Assembly: GCA_965204745.1 (NCBI GenBank)
Contig: OZ242010.1
Coordinates: forward strand, 3,584,001 to 3,648,000
Source of the DNA: Candidatus Latescibacterota bacterium
GTDB lineage: Bacteria; Latescibacterota; UBA2968
Length of the DNA: 64,000 nt
Direction: 5' to 3'
Positions 39,023 through 47,550 of the stretch are shown one piece after another (position 1 is the first letter of the stretch; every line of letters begins with the position of its first letter). The translations under genes and the position numbers were made by a program. Under the pieces are notes generated by a model, which saw only the letters and a list, made by a program, of their open reading frames with translations, made no database searches and was not told the DNA's origin.

Positions 39023-39043
39023 TTCCCAACTCAGGACTTGCTG

Positions 39044-40078
39044 ATGATTCCCGATCTTCTCCCACTCAACCCCCACCTTTGCGAAACCGTTTGGGGTGGA
39101 TGCGGCCTCGGCACGCACTACGACAAAGCCCTGCCTCCAAATGTGCCCATCGGCGAATCATGGGAGGTTTCGGCGTTTGAAGACAGGCCGAGCATCATCG
39201 CCGATGGCCCCCTTGCGGGTCGGTCCCTCGCGGACCTCGTCGCGACTTGCGGCGCAGAACTCCTCGGCCAAAGCGTTGTCCAACGTTGCGGCGCCGCGTT
39301 TCCCATGCTCGTCAAACTGATCGACGCCCGAGACGATCTGTCCATTCAGGTGCATCCGGACGACGCTTATGCCCGCGCAGAAAATTTGGGCGCGTATGGC
39401 AAAATGGAAGCGTGGTACATCCTCAAATCACAGCGCGGCCGCGTGGCATGTGGGCTGAAAGACGGCGTTGACAAGCGCGGTTTTGAATTGTCCATCCGCG
39501 AGAACCGCGTGCAAGACTCCGTGCGATTTTTCGATGTGCGAGAGGGTGATGTGGTCTTTGTCCCCCCCGGCACAGTGCATGCCCTGTGCCAGAACGTCAT
39601 GATCTACGAAGTGCAACAAGCCAGCGATCTCACCTTTCGGATCTGGGACTACAACCGCCCCGGCAGCGATGGCGAGCCGCGCGAGTTGCACATCGACCGC
39701 GCCCTCGACGTCATCGCCTTTGACGCGCCCGCGCCAGAACCCCAACACTGGCGCCGCCTGCCCGGCGCGACCGACGAGCACGCCATCCTCGTGGAATCCG
39801 ACCACTTTTTCCTCCAACGCTTTGCCCCTACACGCACGACTCACCACACCTATTCCACCTTTGCAACACTCACCCTCATCACCGGCGAAGTTAGATTAAA
39901 CGACACCTTTGCCGCGCAACCGGGCCATACCTTTTTCATCCCCGCCAATCGCACCATCGCGGTCTCGCCCAAAGGACCGACCGCGTATTTGATCGCATCC
40001 TACAATGCGAATAAAGCGTTGAATCCATTTATTGGGACCTACCCCCCTGGCCCCGTTACTCGCTACGCTTCGTTGTAG
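39044..40078 (+). CDS. manA: class I mannose-6-phosphate isomerase
   Basis: VWGG, GESWE, LVKLID, LSIQVHPDD, KMEAWY, GTVHA; last ~20 codons read into a repeat. Confidence 0.88.
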   Translation: MIPDLLPLNPHLCETVWGGCGLGTHYDKALPPNVPIGESWEVSAFEDRPSIIADGPLAGRSLADLVATCGAELLGQSVVQRCGAAFPMLVKLIDARDDLSIQVHPDDAYARAENLGAYGKMEAWYILKSQRGRVACGLKDGVDKRGFELSIRENRVQDSVRFFDVREGDVVFVPPGTVHALCQNVMIYEVQQASDLTFRIWDYNRPGSDGEPRELHIDRALDVIAFDAPAPEPQHWRRLPGATDEHAILVESDHFFLQRFAPTRTTHHTYSTFATLTLITGEVRLNDTFAAQPGHTFFIPANRTIAVSPKGPTAYLIASYNANKALNPFIGTYPPGPVTRYASL

Positions 40079-40268
40079 GCTACGCCTGTGCCTGTGAGGA
40101 AGGGGGAAATGGCGAGAGGTTGTGCGAGGGGTTTGGGTTTCCAGAGCGTGATCTATTCGCTCAAAGCCATCAGAACAGCTAGGGAGACAAACCTTCAAAA
40201 AGCCATGCGCTCCCCCTTTCCTTGTAGGAAAGGGGGCCGGGGGGATAGGTCCTACGAGGAAGGGGAAG
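40027..40268. repeat. composite palindromic repeat (CCCCTTTCCT-N3-AGGAAAGGGG-CCGGGGGATAGG family)
   Basis: 40027-40110 is similar to 50195-50275. Confidence 0.8.
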
Positions 40269-40298
40269 AACATCTCTCGTTGCGGAGAGGAGCCGGAT

Positions 40299-40368
40299 GA
40301 CTCGTCCATGTCTTTGGGCAATTGGTCTCGGCTTGCTTCCTACTCGCTTTCTACTCTTAATTCGCATT
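40299..40368 (+). mobile_element. right-end remnant of the IS982-like element
   Basis: LVHVFGQLVSACFLLAFYS-stop plus ACTCTTAATTCGCATT, the inverse of the 22028 end. Confidence 0.6.
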
Positions 40369-40381
40369 GACAACTGACAAC

Positions 40382-41565
40382 GGCGTTGTTGCATAAATCG
40401 CTATTGCCTGCGAGTTGGGATTGCAAAAAGACAGGCTCCTTCGTAGATTGGGCATATAGATCACCAAAACCACTCACCCTTTCTCACCAGGAACCTGTCA
40501 TGCCCAAGATAACCGCTTCCAAGACCGCCGTCAAGTCCCCGCGTCGCCCGCGTCGCCCGCGCTGTGAGCCTGTCTATCGGGTCCGGAACTGGGCGGCCTA
40601 TGAGGCCGGTCTCAAGCAGCGGGGCAGTCTGACGTTTTGGATTACGCCGCAAGCTCTTCGGGGGTGGTACCATCAAGGGCCAACGCAACGGGGGAGGCAA
40701 AACACCTTTTCAGATTTGGCTATTCAAACGGCATTGATGTTGCGCTTGGTCTATGCCTTGCCCCTGCGTCAAACCGAGGGGTTTCTCACGTCCATCCTGG
40801 CGTTGATGGGGGTGGCTTTGCGCGTGCCCGATCACACGACCCTCTGCCGGCGACAGGGCGATTTGAACGTGGATTTCCCTGTCCAATCCCATCATGCGCC
40901 GATCCACTTCGTGGTGGATTCTACCGGCCTGAAAGTGTATGGCGAAGGGGAATGGAAGGTGCGTCAACACGGCTTTTGCAAGCGCCGGACTTGGCGCAAA
41001 TTGCACATCGGCGTCGATGAGGCCACCGGGGAGCTTGTCGCACAGACCCTGACTTCGGCAAGCGTTGATGACGCTTCGCAGGTCAACCCCTTGCTCGATC
41101 AAGTCCTGGCCCCTGTGATATGATGGGCGCCGATGGCGGCTATGACAAACGCAAGGTCTTCAACACATGCGCCGCCCCCAAACAAGGAGCCCCCATCCGA
41201 CCTCTGATTCCCCCGCGCCATGATGCCAAAATTGAACAACACGGAAACAGGAAGGCACCCCCCCTCGCCCGCGATGAAATCATCCGAGCGATCAGGCGTC
41301 AAGGCCGCCGAAAGTGGAAACGCACCAGTGGCTATCATCGTCGCTCGGTCGTTGAAACCCAACTATGCCGCTACAAACAACTCATTGGGCGGCAGTTGCG
41401 CGCGCGAAATCAGAAGAACCAAGAAACGGAAGCACGGTTGGGATGTGCGGTGCTCAATCGCATGATGAGGATCGCGAAACCCGTGTCCTATCCCATAGAA
41501 AGAAGGGCTTAAATCTCGCGGGAAAGGGACGAACTTCGCCACGACAACATTTATGCAACAACGCC
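40382..41565 (+). mobile_element. IS5-family (IS903-like) insertion sequence
   Basis: perfect 17-bp TIR GGCGTTGTTGCATAAAT; flanks ACTGACAAC / ACTGACCAC (8/9). Confidence 0.93.
40500..41512 (+). pseudogene. IS5 transposase split by a frameshift (40500-41123 and 41120-41512)
   Basis: NWAAYEAGLKQRGSL, VDSTGLKVYGEGEW, WRKLH, then ADGGYD and YHRRSVVET in the -1 frame. Confidence 0.88.
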
Positions 41566-41596
41566 ACTGACCACTGACAACTGACCACTGGCAACC

Positions 41597-43276
41597 ATGA
41601 AAACACGCTTAAACAAACTCTGGATAGCGGTGCTGGCGACGTGTGTCGCCGCAACGGTTGACGCGAGTGACCGCACGTTATCGACCGCGCCGATCAAGTG
41701 GGTTGACCCGGACAATCGCAGCATTCCCAAGCCCAAAGAGATCGAGGAGAATCTCATTTGGGACATTGTCGATCACACCTTTTTTTTCGAGGTGGGCAAG
41801 GTGCTGGATTTGGGATGGAGCGCACGGCGGGTCGGGAATCTGCTACATGTGGCGCCGCGGCGGCAGGCGGACAATGTCAATGTTTTGGACGAGGTGCCCA
41901 ATTCATCGTGGTACACCAATCGGCATTTCTTGCGGCGCATGGATGCCGCGGCATTGGCGCGAGGGCCGGGGTACGCGCAACCGGATACGAGTGGGGCGTG
42001 GGAGGTCATATCGGGAAAATTTGAGGGCTTGGCGCCCGGGTTCACAGTGCGGGATGCGAAGGGCGCGATTTACTTTTTGAAGTTCGATCCCAAAGAGTAC
42101 GATGGGTTGGCGACGACTGCCGAGGTGGTTTCGACGAAGATTTTGTACGCGGCCGGGTATCATGTGCCGCGCAATTCCGTCGTGTTTTTTTCGCCCGACT
42201 GGCTCACTGTTGGCGCCGAGGCAGAAGTGGTCGATGGCAAGGGCGGGCGCAGGGCTATGACTGCGGCGGATTTGCAAGCGGTGTTGGATGGGATCCAAAA
42301 GCAGGCTGACGGGCGTATCCGATGCCTGGCGAGCGCGTCGTTGCCGGGGGTTCCGATTGGGGTTTTCGATTTTCACGGGCGGCGGAAGGACGATCCCAAT
42401 GATCGCATATCGCACGAGCACCGGCGGGAATTGCGCGGCCTGCGCGTGATTTCGTCTTGGCTCAACGATACGGATCGGCGCGCGGCTAATACCCTGAATA
42501 TGTTTGTGACCGATGGGCGAGGACGACAATATATCGAGCACTATTTGATCGACATGGGCGCGACTTTGGGCAGCAGCACGCTGAGGCCCCGAAGCCCCAA
42601 GACGGGCAATGAGTATTTCGTGGATGTTCGCCACCTGACCCGATCCATTTTGGGCTTGGGGCTGTATCGAAAGGCGTGGGAAGAGGCGGGTCCCATGCCC
42701 TTTCCGTCGGTCGGGTATTTGGAAAGCGAGGTGTTTTCCCCCGGGAACTGGGTTACGAATTATCCCAACCCGGCATTTCAGAATTGCACCAACCGCGATG
42801 GGTACTGGGGCGCGAAAATCGCGATGGCATTTGGCGATAGCGATTTGCAGGCCATTGTGAAGACGGCGCGATTGCCCGACAAAAAGGCCGAGGCGCATCT
42901 CGTCCAACTTTTGAAAGAACGCCGCGATAAGGTGGGCAATTACTGGTTTCGGCGCGCCAATCCCCTGGATCGCTTTTGGGTGAACAGCCGGGGATTGCAC
43001 TTTGAGGATTTGGCTATCACAGGCCGGTTGGCTACCGCAAAGGAGACGCGATACGTGTACCGCATCGTCAATCCCGATGGCAAAGCGCGATCTCCCAACC
43101 GCCATCTCGATACGCCGGGTACCATCCCCATCCCACGCGATTTGCCCGAGGGGCAATATTGCGGAATCGAGCTTCGGACGCTGAGGCCCGGTTGGGCGGA
43201 TAAGTACATTCGGGTTTATTTTTACGTGTGGAAAACCGGGCGGTATCAGATCGTGCGGGTTGATCGGGAGGAGTAG
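41597..43276 (+). CDS. exported hypothetical protein with atypical kinase-like motifs
   Basis: signal peptide; YFLKFD, AEVV, WLNDTDRRAAN, YLIDMG. Confidence 0.75.
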   Translation: MKTRLNKLWIAVLATCVAATVDASDRTLSTAPIKWVDPDNRSIPKPKEIEENLIWDIVDHTFFFEVGKVLDLGWSARRVGNLLHVAPRRQADNVNVLDEVPNSSWYTNRHFLRRMDAAALARGPGYAQPDTSGAWEVISGKFEGLAPGFTVRDAKGAIYFLKFDPKEYDGLATTAEVVSTKILYAAGYHVPRNSVVFFSPDWLTVGAEAEVVDGKGGRRAMTAADLQAVLDGIQKQADGRIRCLASASLPGVPIGVFDFHGRRKDDPNDRISHEHRRELRGLRVISSWLNDTDRRAANTLNMFVTDGRGRQYIEHYLIDMGATLGSSTLRPRSPKTGNEYFVDVRHLTRSILGLGLYRKAWEEAGPMPFPSVGYLESEVFSPGNWVTNYPNPAFQNCTNRDGYWGAKIAMAFGDSDLQAIVKTARLPDKKAEAHLVQLLKERRDKVGNYWFRRANPLDRFWVNSRGLHFEDLAITGRLATAKETRYVYRIVNPDGKARSPNRHLDTPGTIPIPRDLPEGQYCGIELRTLRPGWADKYIRVYFYVWKTGRYQIVRVDREE

Positions 43277-43404
43277 GGGGCAGTCTCCTGCCGTGTGCGT
43301 GAGTGCGTTAGAATCAGTGTAGGGATCAGCAATGGCGTAGGGATAGGCCCCGTGCCCGTCCTCGTATCCACCGACCGCCTCCATTGAAAAAGCGAGATTT
43401 TGGA

Positions 43405-44256
43405 ATGTTAAACCGCAAAGACATAATGCCCATCATTGCGCGGGCCTTGGCAGAAGATGTGGGGGATGGGGATGTGACGACGAAATGGACCGTGCCCTTT
43501 GCCAAGCGTGCGGATGCCGCGATCATTGCCAAAGCCGATGGGGTGATCGCGGGTTTGGACGTCGCGCGCTGGGTGTTTGAAGCCATTGACGAGGCGATAG
43601 CGTTCGCGGCGCGGGTGAAAGATGGGGCTCGCGTCGGCGCGGGTGATGTGCTGGTCGAGGTCTCCGGCCCTGCACGCGGATTGTTGACGGGCGAGCGGGT
43701 CGCGCTCAATTTTTTGCAACGCATGTCCGGCATTGCAACGATGACCGCGCAATTTGTCGAAGCCGTGCAAGGGACAAACGCGCAGATTTTGGACACGCGC
43801 AAGACCGCGCCCGGGTTGCGCGTGTTGGACAAGTACGCGGTGGTAGCAGGCGGCGGCGCGAATCATCGGGCGGGTCTGTACGATATGGTGTTGATCAAGG
43901 AAAATCACATCGAGGCCGCAGATGGCATTGGCCCCGCGCTGTTGGCCGTGTGGAAAGGCATGGATTTCGAGGGCCGAGAGGTGCGCGTGGAGGTGGAGGT
44001 GGAGACCCTGTCCCAACTCGACGAGGTGCTCGTGCTGGGCGCGGACCGCGTGATGTTGGACAACATGCGCCTAAACGACATGCGCGAAGCCGTGCGAAGG
44101 GTCAGGCAATTAAAGGGCAAAAGACCCGAGTTGGAAGCCTCGGGCAAGGTGTCCTTGAGCGAGGTACGCGCCATTGCCGAGACCGGCGTGGATTTTATCT
44201 CTATCGGCGCGCTGACGCATTCCGTACAGGCGTTGGACATCAGCATGTTGTTTTGA
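43405..44256 (+). CDS. nadC: quinolinate phosphoribosyltransferase
   Basis: EDVGDGDVT, DTRKTAPG, NHRAGLYD, LIKENH, MLDN, EASG. Confidence 0.97.
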   Translation: MLNRKDIMPIIARALAEDVGDGDVTTKWTVPFAKRADAAIIAKADGVIAGLDVARWVFEAIDEAIAFAARVKDGARVGAGDVLVEVSGPARGLLTGERVALNFLQRMSGIATMTAQFVEAVQGTNAQILDTRKTAPGLRVLDKYAVVAGGGANHRAGLYDMVLIKENHIEAADGIGPALLAVWKGMDFEGREVRVEVEVETLSQLDEVLVLGADRVMLDNMRLNDMREAVRRVRQLKGKRPELEASGKVSLSEVRAIAETGVDFISIGALTHSVQALDISMLF

Positions 44257-44504
44257 AAGCATCTGTATGCTTAACACACAAAGGCTCGGTTCAGCAGTTT
44301 GAATCGCGCCTTTATTTTTTCGGGCGAAAAACAAAAACGCCGAAAAGGTCGGGGGTGATCTTTTCGGCGTCGGTGATAATATAATGAATTGTGCCCTGTT
44401 TGTCAAGTTTGTAAATCTTTTGGAAACAGTAGGTTAGAGGTTGACATTCCGCGCGTGTTCGATTACATTTATCCCCTCTGGTTCCGTTGTCTCAGGAGGA
44501 CGCT

Positions 44505-45386
44505 ATGCGACCGCTCAAAGTCAAGTGTGCGAGGTGCGAGGCGGTGATTTCCGCGCGACGCCTCGAGGCCGTTCCAAACACGCGCTTGTGCGTCGTGTGT
44601 CAGAACGAGGTGGAGCGAGGGATGGTGCGTGGGGAAGCGGGTTGGACCGAAGAACCCGATGTGACGCCCCTTGAGATTCAGGACGACCGGTTGGTGACCG
44701 GGGCGTGGTCTGCCGGGTTTTTGGAATTGACCGCGCAGAGTAGCCAAGTGCGCGACTTGCTCCGCGCGGGAAAGAAAGCAGATGCCGCGGCACTGGTGAG
44801 GGCATTGTCCGTTGAAGCGCAGGCCGCGCTCGTGGTTTTGGACGAAGATCCGGAAGAAGTGTTGTCCATGACCGCTGTGGATGAACGCGGCAAACCGCGC
44901 TATTCTACGGCAGTGGTGGCGCGCTTGCCCACCGAGATGTTGACCGGGCTGATCGACTACGACCCGGAGCACCGGGGGTTTAATACGCATTTGATCCGCG
45001 CCATGACCCCGGGCACATTTCGCCGCGCCGTGGCGGACACCCTGGATCCGATGGACAATGCCGAGGCCCGGTCAAAGGTGTCGTTCGAGTGGTTGCGGGC
45101 ATTGGCTGAGTTGCGCGATGTGAATAAGCGCGCCGAGTTGTTGCAAAGCGTGGATCCCGAGTTGCTCGAAGAAGCCCTGATTCCGCATGTGGAGAAGATG
45201 GGCATGAATGACATCGTGGCCTCGCTGTCCAGACACCGCTTTTTTTCCGATGATGCGGTGATGGGCGAGCGGCCGAGTTCGTTCATAGAAGACCCGGTCG
45301 TCGGGCGCGTTTTAGACGCACTCTACGAAGCCGATGCGGATCTGATGCGCTACATCATCCGCGGCGCCTGGGAACGGATGGGGTGA
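44505..45386 (+). CDS. DksA/TraR-type C4 zinc finger fused to an unknown helical domain
   Basis: CARCEAVISARRLEAVPNTRLCVVCQ; RBS AGGAGG. Confidence 0.8.
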   Translation: MRPLKVKCARCEAVISARRLEAVPNTRLCVVCQNEVERGMVRGEAGWTEEPDVTPLEIQDDRLVTGAWSAGFLELTAQSSQVRDLLRAGKKADAAALVRALSVEAQAALVVLDEDPEEVLSMTAVDERGKPRYSTAVVARLPTEMLTGLIDYDPEHRGFNTHLIRAMTPGTFRRAVADTLDPMDNAEARSKVSFEWLRALAELRDVNKRAELLQSVDPELLEEALIPHVEKMGMNDIVASLSRHRFFSDDAVMGERPSSFIEDPVVGRVLDALYEADADLMRYIIRGAWERMG

Positions 45387-45530
45387 AGATCAGCGATCAA
45401 CCCCACCCACCCCGCCTTGAGACAGGCATGGGGGCCTGTCTCTACGGCTGATGGAACTGGGCAACCTTCTCCTCTTGTATCTCACGTCTCGGTTTTGAAC
45501 TGGGCTATCGCCAGTTGTACCCCGGCCCGA

Positions 45531-46736
45531 CTAAGCTATGATCAGGTCGGTGATGGCGGCTTCGTTGAGGGCGATGCCGAGGCCGGGTTTTTCCGTGAGG
45601 GTGATGTGACCGTTTTCGATTTGCAGGGGTTCGGCGAGGAGGCCGTTGCCGAATGGGCCTTGTGCGAATCCGCTCGGGCATTCCGAGAGAAAGAAATTGG
45701 GCGTGGCCGCGCCAAGGTGCAGGCCGGCCAAGAGGTGGACGGGGGTGCTGGTGCTGACGTGGGACGCCCAAGAGACGCCGAAGACCTCGGCGAGTTGTGC
45801 GATCCGCAGGGTTTCGGAGATGCCACCTGCGCGGCACACGTCGGGCAAGAGGAGGTCGCATTCTCGGTTGAGCAACCGGTCGCGCACCACATAGCGGTTG
45901 CAATCGGTTTCGCCGACGGCAATGCGAATGGCGGTCGCTTGGGTCAGCGCGCGATACCCCTGATGGTCTTCGGGCAACAGGGCGTCTTCAAACCACTCGA
46001 CATTGCCCAAGCCTTCGAGGAACCGGGCAAAGCGCAGGGCGTCTTTGAGGTCGAAGCCGCCGTGCGCGTCAACGAGGAGTTTGCCGCGATCCCCGACGGC
46101 GTCGGACATTTGCCGGACGAGGTCCCTTTGTTCGGAGAACGCGCCCCGGCCACAGGATGTTTTGACGACGGAGAAGCCTTGGTTCAAGATGTTTTCAATC
46201 CCTTCGCGCCGAGATGCGAGGGTTTGCCCGGGCGTGCCCGAGGAGTAGATGGGGAGTTGTGTGCGGTACGCGCCGCCGAGCAGGCGATAGATGGGTTCGC
46301 CGTAGTGTTTGCCGAGCGCGTCCCAAAGGGCGATGTCGATGCCCGCGATGGCTTCGAGGGTGAAGCCCTGCGTGTGCGAGCGCAAGCGCATGGCCGAGAA
46401 CATGCGATCCCACAAGACGGCGATGGCGCGTGGGTCTTCGCCGATGAGGAGCGGGGTCAAGAGGTCTTCGACAATGGTTTTGACGACCCGCGGCGCGACC
46501 GGGGCGTGCGCTTCGCCAATGCCTTCGATGCCGCTGTCTGTTCGCACGCGAATCAAGGCGGTTGATCGGCCTGCGGGATAGACGCAGAGGTGGCGCGTAT
46601 CCGCACGTCCGGGAAAGGATTGTGCGGTTTGAGGCGCGGCTTGCGGAAATTTTAATCCGGCGGTATCTTCATACCGCGTCGCCCCGCGTTGCCGGGCCGT
46701 GGAGAGGATGTCGCAGGTGATGGCGGCGATTTTCAT
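45531..46736 (-). CDS. mandelate racemase/muconate lactonizing enzyme family protein
   Basis: GIEGIGE, AGIDIALWD, LVDAH, WFED, GET, PGLG. Confidence 0.93.
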   Translation of the reverse strand: MKIAAITCDILSTARQRGATRYEDTAGLKFPQAAPQTAQSFPGRADTRHLCVYPAGRSTALIRVRTDSGIEGIGEAHAPVAPRVVKTIVEDLLTPLLIGEDPRAIAVLWDRMFSAMRLRSHTQGFTLEAIAGIDIALWDALGKHYGEPIYRLLGGAYRTQLPIYSSGTPGQTLASRREGIENILNQGFSVVKTSCGRGAFSEQRDLVRQMSDAVGDRGKLLVDAHGGFDLKDALRFARFLEGLGNVEWFEDALLPEDHQGYRALTQATAIRIAVGETDCNRYVVRDRLLNRECDLLLPDVCRAGGISETLRIAQLAEVFGVSWASHVSTSTPVHLLAGLHLGAATPNFFLSECPSGFAQGPFGNGLLAEPLQIENGHITLTEKPGLGIALNEAAITDLIIA

Positions 46737-47079
46737 TTTTGCCTCCTATGAGTGATGGGTTACCAAAAAATAAGATAAATACGAAAAAAGGGCGGAAACT
46801 TGCAATTTGCAAATTTCTGTAAGGTGCAGAAAGAGGTTGTAGAAACCAAATATAAATTGCAAAAACGCCCCAAACCACAACGCAAAAGAATTGACCATGC
46901 CACCGAATCTTTTGGCTTGTTGGCATCTAAATCATCACGTTGTTGGCCCTTGAAACACTGATCCTGTTCACACTCGGAAACCCCTAACTGAACAAAAAAT
47001 AAACGCGCTGTACGGTGCGATCTAGGGCCGTTTAAGACGAGCCACATACCATAGAAATTCACCTGTTTTGGAGGACAGG

Positions 47080-47357
47080 ATGATCGCGCTTCCCAAAGAA
47101 CTTCAACAGACAGTCCGCGCCTCTCGGGGGCAACCCGTGCGTCTGGCCGATCCAAAAACGAATATCGAATATGTCGTGTTGCCAGCCGAGATATTCGACC
47201 AAATGCAAATTTTTTTTGCGATGTCGCGCCGCTAACAGACGCTGAAAAGCAAAATCTGCTCGTCAGTGCAGGGCTCCGTGCAGGATGGGACGACGCAGAG
47301 ATGGCTATTTACGACGAACTCGACCCGCGGAGAGATCATGAAAATCCGACGAGGTGA
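47080..47357 (+). pseudogene. frameshifted putative antitoxin
   Basis: adding one T to the T8 run at 47210-47217 restores an ORF ending ...GWDDAEMAIYDELD that overlaps the toxin start. Confidence 0.6.
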
Positions 47358-47454
47358 GGTGGTCATTGTCGATTTTCCCTCTGCTTCTGCCATGCAAGAG
47401 ATTGACGCTTGTTTGAAGGCCGCGTTGGGCATCTCGGTTAGAGCCGGATTTTGA
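47338..47454 (+). pseudogene. internally deleted PemK/MazF toxin
   Basis: RRGEVVIVDFP joined directly to MQEIDACLKAALGI. Confidence 0.75.
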
Positions 47455-47550
47455 CGCGCTCATAGACCGCCTAAAATCCGATCCATCCGAGCGGCATCCT
47501 CTCGCGTGGGACTTTGTATCGAGGTTGAACTTTCAACGAGGAGATACGCC

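Noticed and set aside
41110-41130. Programmed ribosomal frameshift in the IS5 transposase
   Set aside because: No slippery sequence is visible and IS903-like transposases are normally single ORFs.
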